From assembly GCF_006345805.1 (NCBI RefSeq), contig NC_043012.1:42346001-42410000 (forward strand): DNA of 64,000 nucleotides. Direction: 5' to 3'. Positions within the stretch are counted from its first letter, which is position 1. Each line of letters begins with the position of its first letter. Below the pieces are notes generated by a model. The model was not told the DNA's origin and searched no databases. It saw only the letters and a list, made by a program, of their open reading frames with translations. The position numbers were made by a program, and so were the translations under genes. Below are positions 1 to 64,000 of the stretch, piece after piece. This DNA comes from Octopus sinensis (Eukaryota).

Positions 1-62310
<62,310 letters not shown>

Positions 62311-62894
62311 GTAAGTTGTGATCTATCTTCTTCATCCCCTTTTTATTTTTCTAATGTGTTTTTTGGGCTGCGCGATCGCCAAACGCATGTACGTGTACAT
62401 ATACATGTATCTACGACTATAAACATACATACATACATACATACATACATACATACATACATACATACACACGCGCACGCACACAAACATACAGATACAG
62501 ACACACACGTTAGATTTACTCATGCCTTTATATAGTCCCATTGCGTAAAAATCTTTGGGTGTGTAGGTTTCAGTAGAATGGAAATTGGGTTTTTATGGTT
62601 GGTTGTTATAGAGAGGTGTTTTGAAGATATTTTTTCTTTGATTAGAATTTGGGGTCATGCATTGCTGATAATCAATTCATGTATGTAGAACTTTGTAAAG
62701 AAGAGTTTGTTTCTTTTATGTTAGGTATGCACATGGTGTGGCAATATTTTTGTTGCTTTTGATATTATTGTGTTTTTATGCAAGATGGAGACGAATACCA
62801 ACGTCCCATGTGGTAGACTTGAACAATTATTGTGAGATGCCTCTCTTAACATGAAACATGAAACCAATCATACTTTGGATATCCCATGAATAAA

Positions 62895-62956
<62 letters not shown>

Positions 62957-63069
62957 TTACATACATTCAAAGGTCGATGTATATATTCATTCAATCCATA
63001 TTAACGAAATTCTCCATGGTATACAAAACACATACATAGATGCATTCAGCTATATGAAATATATAGCCG

Positions 63070-63555
63070 AATAAGCCTAAAAAAAACTGTTAAGTATATC
63101 CACACCTTATCAAACCATCCCCAAACTGTCATTAAGGAGGTGTGTCGATAAGAATATCTAATTTATCCGCCAATGAAAAAATACTTAACGAGTTTGCACC
63201 CCTTTATAATGCAGCAGTAAAAGACAGCGGTTTTAACAGTGAAATATACTATATTAAAAACACAATATTTAAAAACAAATTAGGCAACCAGTTTCCAAAT
63301 ATTACAAATTATAGCGATAACACATATCCTATAAACAACCTCACCGAATATAGAAACCAACAACACATTAGAAGTCACTGTATAATTTTCAAGTATAGCA
63401 AAAACGATACGGGGCAGAATAGGAACTATTCTGGGAGGAAACGAGAAATTGTATGGTTTACACCCCACTTCTCCCTCCAGATAAGAAACCCACCTCAGTT
63501 ATTTTTTAGCATTATCGATAGGAACTTCCCACTTGGTCATAAAAAACAACTAGGA
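63070..63555 (+). mobile_element. Degenerate Penelope-like fragment
   Basis: YIHTLSNHP, SIRISNLSANEKILNEFAPLYNAAVKDSGF, RKREIVWFTPHFS; homologous to 53430-53845. Confidence 0.7.
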
Positions 63556-63556
63556 C

Positions 63557-64000
63557 GTATAACATTCTGGATCTCTGCTTCACGAACAATATGGACATCA
63601 TTCATGATGTGAAAGTGACACCGACATTAGTTTCGGATCACAACATAATAGAGCTGTCTATGCTTGGGCCGAAAGTAACCAGAAACATACAGCCTAAAGG
63701 AAGCACCCGAAATCTTTCCAATCTGAACTTCCACAAAGCAGATTGGAAATCGATCCAAAAAGAGATCCTCAGAGAGGACTGGCCGAAATGTCTCTCCTCA
63801 CCAGACATTGACATAAAACTAGAATGTTTCATGTCTTCTGTGCAAGCCATATGCCAGAAAAATGTCTCGGAGCACAAGGCCAAAGCAAATAGGAGCAAGA
63901 TTCCAAGAGATAGGAAGATCCTCGTGAGACGACGGACGAAGGTTGCAAATCGACTCAACCAACATCCCAAAAGCAGCGAAACGTCCCGCCTAAAAACAAC
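63557..64000 (+). mobile_element. 5'-truncated CR1/L2-group LINE, diverged sister subfamily, runs off the window
   Basis: NILDLCFTNNMDIIHDVKVTPTLVSDHNIIELSM...NLNFHKADWKSIQKEIL...IPRDRKILVRRRT, clearly homologous to copies 1 and 2. Confidence 0.85.

Noticed and set aside
62560-62880. Possible inverted Penelope GIY-YIG remnant on the minus strand
   Set aside because: Too degenerate to recover diagnostic motifs by eye.

Overview
This is AT-rich, microsatellite-saturated eukaryotic genomic DNA. The SINE, Helitron and Penelope repertoire and the (TACA)n/(TA)n load point to a cephalopod, probably Octopus (inference). One host gene spans the whole window on the + strand: an uncharacterised WD40-repeat protein. 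I assembled 14 phase-compatible coding exons (1626 nt, 542 codons, no internal stop), incomplete at both ends, with one GC-AG intron. Nearly everything else is intronic transposon material: a complete Mag-like Ty3/Gypsy LTR element (251-bp LTRs, 5-bp TSD), several mariner copies and derivatives, two near-identical CR1/L2-group LINEs with a CCCH zinc finger in ORF1, RTE and R4/Dong fragments, Penelope-like elements with hammerhead ribozyme motifs, a Helitron cluster and SINEs. The most unusual feature is a four-layer nest at 27.6-30.3 kb. A mariner MITE is split by a non-autonomous Helitron, which carries a 1.68-kb ORF1-only (gag-like zinc knuckle) retroelement with a perfect 20-bp TSD and a SINE fragment framed by inverted repeats. 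Most long ORFs in the supplied track (YIHT/MYVC/IYIY) are microsatellite artefacts. All family assignments come from motif recognition by eye; no database search was run.
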